Source: Squalus acanthias (lineage: Eukaryota). Taken from it: a stretch of DNA of 64,000 nt. The first letter of the stretch is position 1. The number at the start of each line of letters is the position of its first letter. A program made the position numbers and the translations under genes. The DNA lies in contig CM059434.1 of the NCBI GenBank assembly GCA_030390025.1, positions 37,262,001 to 37,326,000 of the forward strand, given 5' to 3'. The notes under the pieces were generated by a model that saw nothing but the letters and a program-made list of their open reading frames with translations, ran no database searches and was not told the origin of the DNA. Positions 1 through 13,024 of this stretch are shown here, in pieces.

Positions 1-826
1 TTCCCTTCAGATACTTATCCAATTCCCTTTTGAAAGCCACAATTGAACCTGCCTCCACCACCCTTTCAGGCAGTGCATTTCAGATCATAACCACTCGTTA
101 CGAAAAAAGTTTTTCCTCTTTTCGCCTTTGGTTCTTCTGTCAATCACATTAAATCTGTGTCCTCTGGTTCTCGACCCTTCCACCAATGGGAACAGTTTCT
201 CTCTATCTACTCTGTCCAGACCCCTCATGATTTTGAACACCTCTATCTAATCTCCTGTCGACCTTCTCTGCTCCAAGGAGAACAACCCCAGCTTCTCTAG
301 TTTATCCACGTAACTAAAGTCCCTCATCCCTGGAACCATTCTTGTAAATCTTTTCTGCACCCTCTCTAAGACCTTCACATCCTTCCTAAAGTGCGGTGCC
401 CAGAATTGGACACAATACTCCAATTGAGGCCAAACCAGTGATATATAAAGGTTCACCATAACTTTCTTGCTTTTGTACTCTATGTCTCTATGTATGAAGC
501 CCAGGATCCCGTATGCTTTTTCAACCGCTTTCTCAAGCTGCCCTGCCACCTTCAACGATTTATGCCCATATACCCCCAGGTCTCTCTGTTCATGCACCCA
601 CTTTAGAACTGTAGCCTTTCCTCGTTCTTCCTACCAAAATGTATCACTTTGCACTTTTCTGTATTAAATTTCATCCAGTGGAATGGACCACATGTCTGCC
701 CATTCCACCAGCCTGTCTATGTCCTCTTGAAGTCTATCACTATCCTCTTCACTGTTCACTATACTTCCAAGTTTTGTGTCATCTGCAAATTTTGAAATTG
801 TGCCCTGTACACCCAAGTCCAAGTCA
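1..826 (-). mobile_element. CR1 (HER1-like) LINE ORF2 3' fragment, running off the window start
   Basis: ORF 247..597(-) reads RDLGVY...QLEYCVQFWAPHFRKDVKVLERVQKRFTRM, the typical CR1 RT C-terminal region; nearly identical to the copy at ~48980-49800. Confidence 0.93.
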
Positions 827-1209
827 TTTTACAACCTCAGCGTGTCTCAAAGTGCTTTACAGCCAATGAAGTACTTTTAAAGTGTAGTCACTGTTGTAAT
901 GTAGGAAATGGAGCAGTCAATTTGCACACACTAAGATCCCACAAGCAGCAATGTGATAATATCCAGATGATCTCCTGGTCTTCTTAGAATAGTGCCATTA
1001 TATCTTTTACATCCACCTGAGAGGGCAGACTAGGCATTGATTTAATATCTCATCCAAAAGATAGCACCTCCAACAATACAGCACTCCCTCAGTACTGCGC
1101 TGGAGTGTCAGCCTAGATTTTGTGCTCAAGTCTTTTGAGTGGGAATATGAACCTACTAACCTTCTGACTCAAAGGTGAGAGCACTACCATTGAGCCATAG
1201 CTGACACCT
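827..1209 (-). mobile_element. SacSINE1/Deu-domain tRNA-derived SINE, near full length
   Basis: Minus strand has a tRNA-like head (gtgtcagctatggctcaatggtag...ggttcat), Deu core (tcaggtggatgtaaaagat) and tail motif cattggctgtaaagcacttt. Confidence 0.85.
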
Positions 1210-1211
1210 AG

Positions 1212-1415
1212 CTAATATTATTCCCTCAACCAATACCATCAACGACAGATTAACTGGTCATTCATCTGGTTTCTGGGTATGGGATCTTGCTGTATGCAAA
1301 ATGGCTACTGCCTAGATAAGGACTGTCACCGCATTATGAAAATAATTCATTGTGTGTAAAATGCATTGATATGTTTTGAAAGCAGGATAAGACACTATAT
1401 CAATGCAAGTTACTT
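1212..1415 (+). mobile_element. Decayed Deu-SINE 3' half
   Basis: tattccctcaacc...agattaactggtcatt...gggatcttgctgtatgcaaaatggct...atatcaatgcaag resembles the SINE at 39100-39415. Confidence 0.6.
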
Positions 1416-4365
1416 TCCTTTTAGACAGCCAGGATTCAGTGGGGAGCAGCTGCAGAAGAGTAGAAACCTGTGGCTCACCATCCTCTAGTCACATGAATTC
1501 CAGTCGAGGTGCATATCATGAGGTATTTATGTAGGGAGGAACAGTACAACTCCTGGTTTGTTTCCACTAAACATTGGCTATCAGCAGTTCCAGCAAAAGT
1601 AGAGTCAGGCATGTGATGAAACTGTTTGATGTTAGAAAAAGAGCCATCAGGAAGCAAGGAGGGAAGAATGAACATTCTTTTATGGTTTTCTTCTATGAAA
1701 GATATGCTTCCGGGAGCATTGCGTGAAATTGAGATTCTGGGGAGAACTTGTAACCCAGTTTGGATATTAGGATATTTTGAAAGGTATGAAAACTGTGAAA
1801 AGTTCTACTGTTATGGGGAAGGAATATAGTATGCTGTTGTTAATAGCAGAAGTGTTTTGTTTTCTGAATTCTATTGTTATTATAAAGCGTATATAATTCA
1901 ATAAGCAAAGAAATCATTGATAAAGATTTGATGAATACAACTTCCTTGCCTGTACCATCAGCTCCAGTTGTTGGTTCTTGATCATCTTTACCACCTTTCT
2001 CATCCATGTTCTTCTCCAGCTGTGCTCTATCCATTGTAGTGCTCCATACAGCAAGCTAACATGACCTTTCTGACACGTTCAGGGTCATATTGTAAAGTGG
2101 CCTCTGACCAATCCAGGCAACAGAAGCATTCCCTGGGGACCAAAAGCCTTATCTGTAAAATTTTGGAGGTAACAGATGTGTACTGGGTTAGAACAATGCC
2201 CTTTTACCTTGATGACTAGCGTTCAAATCCAGTTGATATTGATGAGATAAATGTTTGTGAACTTGAAGAATTCCAAGTGAAATAAATTTGAACTGTCTTA
2301 ATCTGGTTCTAGTGGATGTAATTCACAGCACAACATTGATCAAATTCGGTACTAGCCATCTCCTTATCTAGAAGTTCTCCTTTTGTTTCAAAGTGAAATA
2401 AATAATAATACACACCTAACTATCTTTAATGCATGGCAAAACAGCTGGGCTACAATTTGAGATGTTCTTTTTCTTTCCAGAGTGAAATGTTGAGTAACTT
2501 ATGACCAAAACCATAGTGTTGGGTACAGTATTATTATTCATTTTGCATAGCTGATAGCCTGATATGTTCTACAAAACCTTTCAAAATCTTTCACGTCATG
2601 TAGTTCCTTCAAATTGTTCAGATCATGTAAGCACTGAAATAAATGTGCCCTAAATAACTTAAGCCAAGGGTATCTAAATTCAAGGAACTGATGTTGAGGT
2701 AGGGAAAGGAAGTGTAAAGGGAATCCAACCCTTGAATTAACAAAAGTAGCATGGAAAAATCAACTTTACCTGGAAAGTAGAATGGCTCAATGAACATGCT
2801 ATTTGCACCAATATTAGTTTTAAACTAATTCAGTTTTAAATTCTACCAGTGCTATTTAACGCTATCCAGAAATCCTAGCCAGAAGCCAATGCTAAAGCCG
2901 TGGTATGGAAGGAGTCACTATTGGAGCCATTATTGGGGCCACTATTGGCTATATGTTTTGAAGCTGATCAGTTATCTTAAATTCTAGACAGATGCGCTTA
3001 TTTAACTGTCAGACCTGTTTGGCCAGTTCAGGATCCTGGAAGATGCAATTAAGTTTACTGATTTTTATCATTGGTCTGCCATCGGCAAGAGATAGTTTTG
3101 CAACACTGAAGAAATAGCAATACCTCTGTAAACAATTTTGACAGAGTCTATTGGGTGAAATGCATCAATTTCAAGTTCTAAGGTAGAATTAAATTCTGTC
3201 ATGTGACCGGCTATGCTGAAGGATCTTCTGCTAAATATGATGGAGGTGGTTGTAAAGCATTTGATGACATGATGAGTGCCTCTTTCTCTTCCCAAAAATT
3301 ATAGATCGTCTTAGGCTGGTCACTGGTTTGCTGGTAAGTGTATTGGCCACAAAATATATAAATGCAGGATAAGAGATGTAGGTGTGCGATGGAATGTAAC
3401 AATGCAATGTTATGAAATGTTTTCTCTATTATGTAAACTTGCTTCATGCGATTTTAATTATGAGACATGGAGATTAAAAAGAATGTGGCTCCACAGTGGT
3501 ATCAGAAATTTGAGGCAGATGACTATATTTAAGATTTTGGCTTACCATATTCACCAATTTAAACCACAGTCCTTGCCTGACAGAATTATCTGGATTCACT
3601 TTGCAGTTATGAGAAATTAAGCACTCTGTAATTTTGTTAACTGTTGCAGTAATACTAATTTTACTGAGAGAAATTAACTTTTTTCAGTTATATCTTCTCT
3701 GCCAAACATCATTAATATTCACTGAGAGTTTTTGAACTACTTAAATTTTAACCTTAGTGGAGCATTGCTACTTACTAAAAAAGCAATGGGGCTGCACATA
3801 AAAATACTTTGAGAACATATCTGAAACTGCGGAGGGAGGCTGGCTCACTAACTTTGTTCATAGCTGCATAAAAGTAACAGTGAGCAGGGGTAGTATTGAT
3901 TAACATGCTGCACTATGAATGGGTTATTTTTTCCCTCTGTGCTTCTTCACATAGCATGGGTTCCTAATCTCATTTGGGGAGGTGCTGAGTAGAGTTGAGA
4001 TGCTTTCTCTGGTGAGGAGAAAATTGGATGGTGTCTACTAACATTCACACCAAGAGCAGTACAAGAAGAAGCCTGGGGCAAGGAAGCAAGAGAAAACAGC
4101 TAATGCTACTGTCAAATAAAAGGTTTTAAATTTCCTGCGTGGGAGTATACCTGACCTCACATTGCTCAATCTCAGTGGCATCACAACACACTCTGATGCA
4201 ATTGGCATCCAATCAATGTACTATTAAAGTAAACAAAAATCCTATTAAAAAAACACGATGGTTTGAGTAGAATGGACAAAGTGAAAAGTTAATCGACATT
4301 TCACTGTTGAAGATCAGATTTTTGTCTTTGTGGACTGCATGGCTACATGTAAAAAAAATTTTTTT

Positions 4366-4974
4366 CAAAAGTAAAATATTGCAGATGGTGGAAAGCTGGA
4401 ATAAAAACAGAAAATGCTGGAAATACTCAGCAGGTCAGGCAGCATCTGTGGAGAAAAAGAAAGATTTGCATTTCTATAGCACTTTTCACGACCCAAAGCG
4501 CTTTACAGTCAATGAAGTACTTTTGAAGTGTAGTCACTGTTGTAATGTAGGAAACGCGGCAGCCGATTTGAGCACAGCAAGCTCCCACAAACAGCAATGT
4601 GATAATGACCAAATAATCTGTTTGATGATGTTGATTGAGGGATAAATATTGGCCAGGGGATAATTCCCCTGCTCTTCTTCAAAATAGTGCCATAGGATCT
4701 TTTACATCCACCTGAGTGGGCAGACAGGGCCTCGGTTTAACGTCTCATCCAAAAGACAGCACCTCTGACAGTACAGCACTCCACTGGAGTGTCAGCCCAG
4801 AATTTTGTGCTCAAAGTCTCTGGAGTGGGACTTGAACCAACAACCTTCTAACGCAGAAGGCGAGGGTGCTACCAACTGAGAGAGAAATGTTTCAGGGCGA
4901 CCTGAAACGTTAACTGTTTCTCTCTCCACAGATACTGTCTGACCTGCTGAGTATTTCCAGCAGTTCCTGTTTTA
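4366..4974. repeat. Palindromic shark repeat (probably Penelope-terminal-repeat derived), split by a nested SINE
   Basis: Arm acagaaaatgctggaaatactcagcaggtcaggcagcatctgtggaga (~4407-4454) is the reverse complement of tctccacagatactgtctgacctgctgagtatttccagcagttcctgt (~4923-4970); central gacctgaaacgttaact. Confidence 0.7.
4461..4880 (-). mobile_element. SacSINE1/Deu SINE nested in the palindromic repeat
   Basis: Same head, Deu core and tail as 827-1209 and 39100-39415. Confidence 0.88.
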
Positions 4975-5134
4975 ATTGTAAAGTTTTAAATATATGTCCC
5001 CATGAAGCTAGGGATACTAACAGTTCTTGCTGCTCTGATTTAGGGTTTAATCACACTCAAACTGATCTTTTTACATCTCCAGGTCTAAAAAATTCAAACA
5101 TAAACCAGAAAATAAGGAATATAAGCGCAAATAT

Positions 5135-5228
5135 AATTCGGCTCAAGTGGAGCATAAACGCCGACATGGACTGGTTGGGCCGAATGGCCTGTTTCTGTGC
5201 CGTATATCCTAGGTAATCCTATGTAATT
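5135..5228 (+). mobile_element. CR1/HE1-type 3' tail fragment
   Basis: ggctcaagtggagcataaacgccgacatggactggttgggccgaatggcctgtttctgtgccgta is almost identical to 46328-46400. Confidence 0.8.
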
Positions 5229-5899
5229 GAGTTGCCTGGATTTAAAAGTCTGGATTGGCGGGGTTTCGGGGGGAGGAATACATGGACCGAGGGCCACAGT
5301 TTGGGAAAGGTACGAAATTAGAATCTGTATTAATTTCGCTTTTAATTTTTCGGGAATATTTACTCAGCGAAAATAACCATATTTTATTTTCAATGGAAAT
5401 TACAGGAAAAGGGGTGCGTGAAGTAAGGTGTGAGGTGCACACGAGAACAAAGATAGTTTGCTGTTTGCCTCGACACCAATTGGTGGCAGTATTTTTTTGC
5501 ATTTCGGGGCGAATCCCGGGAGTATCTGGCTAAGTTTTAGAAAAAATGTAACCTTGTATGTAATCGACCACTCAGTCTGGTACGTTTCTCAACCATTAGA
5601 AGGGACTAGCAGCAACATTCACGTTAGTGGGGGTTTTTTTTGTTCTTGTTTTCGGTGGTAAAGAAACCTGCTTGCTCAAAATGAAACACTTGTTGCAATA
5701 TCATACTTCCCATTCCCAGGGCATATCTGATTTTCAACGCGTAGATTGAACTTTAGAAAACAATGATAAAACTACGTGTCGGAAGCTTAATATCAATGCA
5801 ATCGTTGCTCTGCTTAAGCGACACCCTTTTCCAAAGCTCCTGTGGCACTGAGCCAAATCTGCAAATTCTTCAAGTCAGCCTAACTTCCATCTGTGGTGG

Positions 5900-6165
5900 G
5901 GGGAGGAGAGGATGAGCAAGTCCCGCCTCTTCTCGCTTCTGATTGGTCGGCAGGGAGTCAAGGATTTCGCAACATGAAAGGGTAAGCGTGCGGGGCTGCC
6001 CTGCTGATTGGCTAAGCCGCGCCGTCAATCAGAGAGTGTGGCCGGGTTTCCGCTGGCGAGTTGGGTTGTCGCTGGGGGGAGGGAGGGAAGAAGTGTCCAG
6101 CGGGGAAACTGTTGGCTGCAGGGCAGCGGGCTGAAGGCGCGCTTGTGTGTCGGTACATTGTAACC
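5900..6165 (+). promoter_or_regulatory. LRP5 proximal promoter / 5' leader in a CpG-rich region
   Basis: GC box cccgcct (~5922) and two inverted CCAAT boxes ctgATTGG (5942-5946, 6007-6011); CpG retention from ~5250 to ~7050 against a CpG-poor background; directly upstream of exon 1. TSS not determinable. Confidence 0.75.
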
Positions 6166-6180
6166 ATGGGGCCCGAGTGA
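6166..6180 (+). promoter_or_regulatory. Upstream ORF M-G-P-E-stop in the LRP5 5' leader
   Basis: aaccATGGGGCCCGAGTGA has a strong Kozak context (A at -3, G at +4) and ends 29 nt before the LRP5 ATG; assumes the TSS lies upstream of 6166. Confidence 0.6.
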
Positions 6181-6209
6181 AACATTTTCACTTGTTCTTC
6201 TGACTACAA

Positions 6210-6264
6210 ATGGAGACTTTATTACTAACGCTGATCGCTTTTAGTCACTACTTGGTCGCAACAG
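6210..6264 (+). CDS. LRP5: LRP5 coding exon 1 (signal peptide METLLLTLIAFSHYLVAT)
   Basis: ATG at 6210 with an in-frame upstream TGA at 6201, hydrophobic 18-aa leader and donor CAG|GTAGGT; the phase-1 G joins CA of exon 2 to give Ala, in frame. Too short for the ORF track. Confidence 0.85.
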
Positions 6265-8289
6265 GTAGGTGTGGATTGTCCAAGTGGGGACTGGGTGTTG
6301 CTGTCTGTGATCAGACCCTGGGGTCCGCGTTGTTAGCCCATTCCGTTGTTATTTGTAGTAAATGAAAGTTTTGAGAAAATCCGGTGCTGGATGTGTCTTG
6401 TGGCAGCTCCACGACGTCTTCAGACCCCTATCATCGCAAAGCGATTTTGTTTTTAAAGCCAAAGAGTCGTTTCCCAGATAAAAGATCGCAGTCCCCTTTC
6501 AGTCTAGACGCCAGTTGGTCTTCAGTGGCTTTGGTAACGGTGTAGATCCTGGACCGTAAATGTAAAATTGTGCCTTTGTTAAATTGAAATAGGTTGGCCG
6601 TGTGAAAAAGTTTCTTTGTAAAAAAAATAATGACACTAAGGCCGCAGACACAGGAGTTTAAGACGTGGTGTCGGGTGTCACTTCACAGTGTTCTGAAAAG
6701 TTCGTCAAAATCTAAGTCGCGCGACCTGTAGAAACTCGATGTTTGTAATAAATGCAATACAGTAAACACCAAGCGTTCGCCCAAATGTACTTACTTGTCT
6801 TTGTGACTGCTGGCAATGTATTCGGATTAGTAAGATCAACTCATTTATTTGGTGTATGTGTGTTCATTTCTATATATTTGTGTGATATTTCTGTTCGTGA
6901 AAATGACATTTGTACAGCTTCAAGAAGTTGCAGGTTTCAGACTGATAGCTAACGTGTTGGTTAATGAATAATATCCAGCGCACAGAATCTGGAGACACAC
7001 ACACGGGTTTTCACCGAATCTGGAGACCTTTATATAAGAGAGCGGTAGTGAATAGGTTGACAATAAAAAAATCGAGATTTTGAAAAGTGAACATTCAAGG
7101 GAGCAGAATTTTCTTTTGATAAAATATACTAAGGAACTGGATCGAAGATCATGTACATGAAGCTGTTGGTAGGAAATAAAATGGTATATTAATTCCTTGT
7201 GCTGAGTTCGCTCTGATCCAGGCTGTTTTATTTGAACCCAGTGTTTTTTTTTTGAAAGATAATTTTTTAAAAATATAACGAGGTCCAACATGACCTAAGC
7301 TTTCTAAATTATCATTTTTTGTACCTCATAATGACTTGTTTGTTTAATTTCACAAGATGATAGATTTTCTTGAAACACGTTTCATATAAAAGTACATTTT
7401 TAAATTATATTTCGGTGTATTGCTACTGAAAGGACTATAAATTGGAAAATGTTCTGTGGATCTGTTCACATATCTAACTTTGTAATTTTATTTACCATTG
7501 GAAACTTAATGTACATTAGTTTAACATCTACTGTTAGAAAGTGTGGGTACATCACAAAGGCTAGAAATAGTATTCCAACTGGTATCAAGTGTGGGAAATA
7601 ACATTAAAGCTTCCTTTTTAATAAATACAGTGATATACCAAATTGTCTTAACTATTGTATTTGGAAAATATAAATTTATTCAGTTTTAAAGGCATTTGAC
7701 CATGGGCTCAGCACATATTTGTGGTCCTGAGAGTCCGATACTGTATTCAGAATGTAGCTTGGCTCTTGGGAAAACGTAACTTCTGTGTACCAAATGTTGA
7801 TGGAATGTTTATGGTGAATTTTATAAGAAACTTGTTTTATGGAGTGCTTTTAATTGTCGCAGCTTCATAACATTAAAAGAATGATCAGATAATACTACAT
7901 AAGTGCTTCTCTTATGTATGTTGTGTGAGAGAGAAATTCAGACAAAGTTAGCATGTTATCTGTTTACAACAACAACTTGTATTTATATACAATAATTGGA
8001 TAGTGACAGTTGAGGGTACCTGATAAGTTCACTTGACAAAATATTTAATTTTTCTGTTAAGCCACTTTCCACACTTCAACGGTGTGTAGATATACAGCGG
8101 GTTACTTTTTAGTTTTATTGTATGGAAAGGATTTTTAGTGTTCTTGTAATGAACAAGAATTGAACTGTCAGATTATATATATTTTTTAATCTGTCACTTG
8201 GACCTACGAACAATGCAGTCTCATAAGAGAAAGTGTTTGCTCATCATGCACTGGCATTTTAGAGGCATTAAACAGGTTTAAAGCATTCG

Positions 8290-8600
8290 ATGGCTCAGTG
8301 AGTTACTCAGCTAAGCCATACAATCCAGGAAGGTCCCAGGTTTGTTTCTCCATTCTGTGCTAAACTAGCTAATCTCAGCTGGCCAGTTAGGGAAGGGAAA
8401 AATCTGCCCAACCCTGATCGCTATCCAGTGACCTCAGCTGGAAGTACAGGTACGTGGATGTTGAGTGAGGACATATTGGGTGTGGTCCCTACTGACACTT
8501 GTGGACAAAGTTCAACACATGATTGATGACTACCAGAGGGCAACTGGTGTTTGTGGAATCACAGCACAGAAAAGGATCAGGAGGAGAGGAAAGAAAATTG
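8290..8600 (+). mobile_element. Old tRNA-derived SINE (family not identified)
   Basis: ggctcagtg...ccaggaaggtcccaggtt A/B-box-like head; related sequence on the minus strand at ~18660-18850. Confidence 0.45.
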
Positions 8601-8894
8601 GCAAAGAAAAATTAGGGAAATTTATAATTATAAAGAAATTGGCCTGTGATCACAATCGTTTTACCTGACCATTTAGGTTATTTTTGTGAAAAAAAAATTC
8701 TTTGGCATTTCGTATGAAATATATGGGGCTTGAACATATCTTCCGACTTAGGTGAGAATGATACAACTGAGCCAAGGCTGACTCCCTAAGTAGAATAGAA
8801 CAGTTAGAACAAATTGAAGGACTCTTGCTGAAAAGGAACCGAATTCAACAGGGAAAACCGGATTTTCAGTTATGTTATTCACTTGTCTCTATTG

Positions 8895-10120
8895 CAACAA
8901 CAATTTGCCATTTATGTAGCACCTTTAAAGTAGTAAAACTTCCCAAGGCACGAATGGGAGTGTAATCAGATAAAAATTGATACTGAGCCAAAGAAGGTGT
9001 CATGAGGACAGATGACCAATAGCTTGGTCAAAGAGGTAGGTTTTAAGGAGCATCTTAAAGGAGGAAAGAGAGATGAAGGAAAGAGAGATGGAGGGAATTC
9101 CAGAGTTTAGTGCCTATACGGCTGAAGGCAGAGCCACCAATGGTGGGGCAAAGGAAGTTGGGGATGCCCAAAAGGCCAAACGTTGGAGGAACGGAGAGTT
9201 CTCGGAAGGTTGTTGGGTTGGAGGAGGTTACAGAGATAGGGAGGGGCAAGACCATGGATGGATTTGAACACTTAGATGAGAATTTTAAAATCGAGGTGTT
9301 GGTAAACTGGGAGCCAATGTAGGTCAGCGAACACGGGTGATAGGTGAATGGGACTTGGTGTGACTTGGGATACGGGCAGCAGAGTTCTAGATGAGCTTAA
9401 GTTTATGGAGAGTGGAAGCTGGGAGGCTGGCCGGAGAGCATTGGAGTAGTCGAGTCTGGAGATAACAAAAGCCTGGATGAGGGTTTCAGCAGTAGATAGG
9501 CAGAGATAGAGATGAGTGATATTACAGAGGTGGAAGTAGGCAAAAGGTCGCCGAGGTTGCAAACAGTCTGGTTCAGCCTGGGACAGTGGCCAGGGAGGTG
9601 GCTAACAAATGGAGTTTGTGGTTGGGCGGGGGGGGGGGGGGTGCAAAGGCAATGGCTTCAGTCCTCCCAGTGTTTAATTAGAGGAGATTTCGGCTCATTT
9701 GAGACTGGATGACAAGCAGTTTGACAACACACAGAGGCAGTGGAGGGGTCGAGAGAGGTGGTGGGTGGTGAGGTAGAGTTGGGTGTCATCAGCATATATG
9801 TGGAACATGTGTTTTCAGATGCTGTTGCTGAGGGGCAGCCTGTAGATGAGAAATAGTAGTGAGCCAAGAATAGATCCTTGGGTGAACTCCACAGGTAACG
9901 GTGCAGGGCAGGAAGAGAAGCCATTGCAGGAGATTCTCTGGCTACGACTGTATAGGTACGAGTGGCACCAGGCGAGTGCAGTCCCACTCAGTTGGACAAC
10001 GGAGGAGAGGCGTTGGAGGAGGATGGTGTGGTCAACAGTGTCAAAGGCTGCAGACAGTTCGTGAAGGGTGAGGAGGGTCACAGTCACGTAGGATGTCACT
10101 TGTGCTTTTGATTAGGGCTG
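8895..10120 (-). mobile_element. L2 LINE 3' fragment
   Basis: Minus ORFs contain LSAAFDTVDHTILLQRL, QGSILGSLLFLIY, AETLIQAFVISRLDYSNA and LHWLPV (L2 RT motifs); tail ends in ttgttg repeats. Confidence 0.9.
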
Positions 10121-11343
10121 CGACAGGGATTCTGATTTTGTTACATGTACTACACAGAGGAAATATTTTCCTATTTGTTCTGAAATTAGTCTTTGTACTT
10201 GTATTATAAAATAATTATGAATACTCTCTTGATCAGTTCAAAAGATGTAAGGATTGCATGAACACCAGTCTAAAAAATCTGGCATCTAACTGACACATGG
10301 GAGCATGATGGTTGTGACAGGAAGAATGGCAAAAGATGATTCAGGATGGCATTCATACTAATTATCTCGGTGTAATTTCTTGGCCCTTATTTTGCAGCAC
10401 CAAATATGTATGTATAGATGAGGACTTTTTTCTTTTCAATTATAATACCTGGAAAATTATAGGCCCCTTGCACTTCAAATTATTTTGCATAGCAGCTGCT
10501 TTGAACATTCTGCATCTGCTGGAGTCTGTTCAAAAGGTGCACAATTGATTTATGATGCTTCTGAAATTTAAATTAAGAAACTCAAAGAATAAAGGAATGC
10601 TGTTTCTTTCATTTTTTTGACCACCGCAGATTTTAACTTTATTGTCAGAAGCTTTGGTTGCTTGTTCCTGTGATCAAGCCAGACAGATCAGCTGTTCCTA
10701 TTTCCCTTGCAAGTACATTTGATACCAGAATCATTTATTGACAGATAGTGATAATAGCTTACCCAGCTGCACTTCACTTCATAAGTTTGTTTTATTTACA
10801 AGGAGGTAGAAACATTGAATCATATGCAGAATACTTCATGTAAACATTACAACACAGAAGTCTAGTATTATTTATGGCTTGTAATTAAATACCGTCACAA
10901 CTCAAGATTTACTGTACCTGATGTTTACAGTGCCTATAGTTTGTAGATGTTTCTAACTGAAATTGCTAACTTTTGTAGCTGGTCTATTAAAACTGCCATA
11001 ATTGCATTTTGTTGCAAAGGCACATATTGAACTGTTTCTAATTGTTATGTAACAGTGTTGTCACTCTGCATGTTAAATGTATTTTTTCCAATACATTATA
11101 GGGAAAATCACACTAAAACCAGTATGCTTTCACGTACTATACTTTAAATTGCTCCCATCTCTGTAACCACGAGCACGTCACTTTATACAGATTTGTATAG
11201 CTCAAAATGCTCTCCAGACACAACCCATGTTTGAAAGGGCAGAATTCATGTCCGTGATCTGCAGTAAAAATGGCAAGGTTGCCTGTCAGCATAACGTAAG
11301 AAGCTTCTTGCTTTATCTGATGAGCAGGTGTTGGTATCCTAAT

Positions 11344-11981
11344 GGGCCAGATTTTGCTGTAGCAGGGCATCTGCCATTAGTTAGACTTGCCCCTGTAACC
11401 TTCAGCTCAAAAAATATTTGGTCACAAAGTTGCTGAATGTGCAAGCTAATAATGGCGCGGTGAGGGAAACAGGGCATCTGGGACCTGAGTGAACGTCGGG
11501 ACCAACAGTGTATTTCCTTAATGAATGAGATTAAAGGATTGAGAAATTAACAGAGGAAGGACTAAGAAGGAGTCAAATCAGATACAGAAAGACAAACAAA
11601 GAGGGAGAAAGAAGGATTGTATTAAGGGAAAGGAAAAGTAAGAAAAATAAATAAAAAATTTGACATTTTTTAAATCTCCTTTAAGAATTCAAAACCTGAA
11701 GGAATAAGACTCCATACTTGTAATAATTAATTTTCAGTGCCAAAGAGGTTGATTGGCAGACAGCAATGCTTATCACATCGTTAAAAGAATACTTGCGCTT
11801 GTAATGACAGGACTTAACTTTCTGTGGTGAGTTTAATGGGCAAATACAGCCAATTCCTAAAGAAAAACGGGGAGGCTAAGTACGGGAAGCCATTTTCGCT
11901 AAGCTAATGACAGAGTGGCACAACTTGGACAGCAACTTTTGGATATTCACATTAGCCATTATTTTGACAGCAAATTCTGCC
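11344..11981. mobile_element. Non-autonomous TIR element (family B)
   Basis: Ends GGGCCAGATTTTGCTGT ... ACAGCAAATTCTGCC; internal agactccatacttg...ttttcagtgccaaagagg block shared with ~29920, and inverted with ~16110 and ~47320. Confidence 0.7.
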
Positions 11982-12710
11982 AGAATTCACGGTCCCGATG
12001 CTGGCGAACTGGCAGCGTTCGCTGTCATTTCGCCTTTGAAACTGACCGCAACTTCAGGATCTAGTGCATGTGCAGCCTAATGCGGAAGTCCTGCAGTCGC
12101 GGTCAGTCACTCACTGCTCCTCCACAGGCTGCGATGTACCCCCCACACCCCCACAGAGCCGGCAATCAGTGAAATCTCTCAGATCATGGAAACTGACCAA
12201 AACTTCGGCTCTACCGCAGTAATTACGCTATTAAATACCCCATTAAAAGTTAGATTCAAAGGCATTAGGTGTAACTGGAAAAACTAATTTTAATTTTGTG
12301 CAGTTTCAAATTTATCCATTTTAATAAAAATTAAAATTTTTAAGAGACTTAAAAAAATTGTTGAAAATGTTTTTTTAAGTTTGTTCATCTTTATTTCAGG
12401 TTTGCATTTTCCCTATATGAGAGCCCAATCTTTTGTTTTGCTCTTTCAAACATTTTAAAAAAGTTAGAATTTTAAGAGCTTGCTCACTTCCCGGTTCGCT
12501 AAGAATTCTGCGTTTTGATTGGCTGCTTAGACAGCTTCTTGGCGTCACAGCAGCTCGCACTATGGGATTCCCACTATACTACGTTGATTTGAATTACACA
12601 TTGGAAAATCCGAACTTCTCGACACAGAGATGGCGAGATCTTTGTGCGAAGCTTACTTCAGGGCCAGTGGCGAATGCCTTTGCTTCGCCGCTGACCGCAC
12701 ATTCCGGGTC
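11979..12710. mobile_element. TIR element related to 47034-47746, abutting the previous one
   Basis: Shares caacttc..gcatgtgcag..tgctcctccacaggctgcg and the terminal ccgctgaccgca with 47034-47746. Confidence 0.65.
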
Positions 12711-13024
12711 AGTATACTGTATTTACCGGTCGTCAGACGAACCGTGCTTCAGCTTTTTATGGTCACTTACTTGATGTGCTGGCTTCAGCTTCATGGACCA
12801 TTGTTATTATCAGGGTAACATGATACCTACATTGTAAGAAGTGAGGTTTAAAGCTTAACCATCAGAAAAAGAACATATGATTTTCAATTTTATTTATATT
12901 TTCCAAATGTATTTTTTTTTTTAAAAGGGCAGTAGCACTTTGATATACTGCATAAGCCAAGTCAGTCAATTCCTGAAACTACAATCTCCCAGCAACAGAT
13001 TGTAAGATTTTTATTAGGGGTCAT

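Noticed and set aside
1-826. Segmental duplication with ~48980-49800
   Set aside because: Similarity is confined to the CR1 sequence, consistent with independent insertions of one subfamily
1130-1209. tRNA genes (also ~4810-4880 and 50082-50155)
   Set aside because: tRNA-like heads of SINEs that continue into the Deu domain; no intact cloverleaf
6166-6209. ATG at 6166 as the true LRP5 start
   Set aside because: It stops after 4 codons, and the LRP5 frame has a TGA at 6201, so a single sequencing indel would not rescue it
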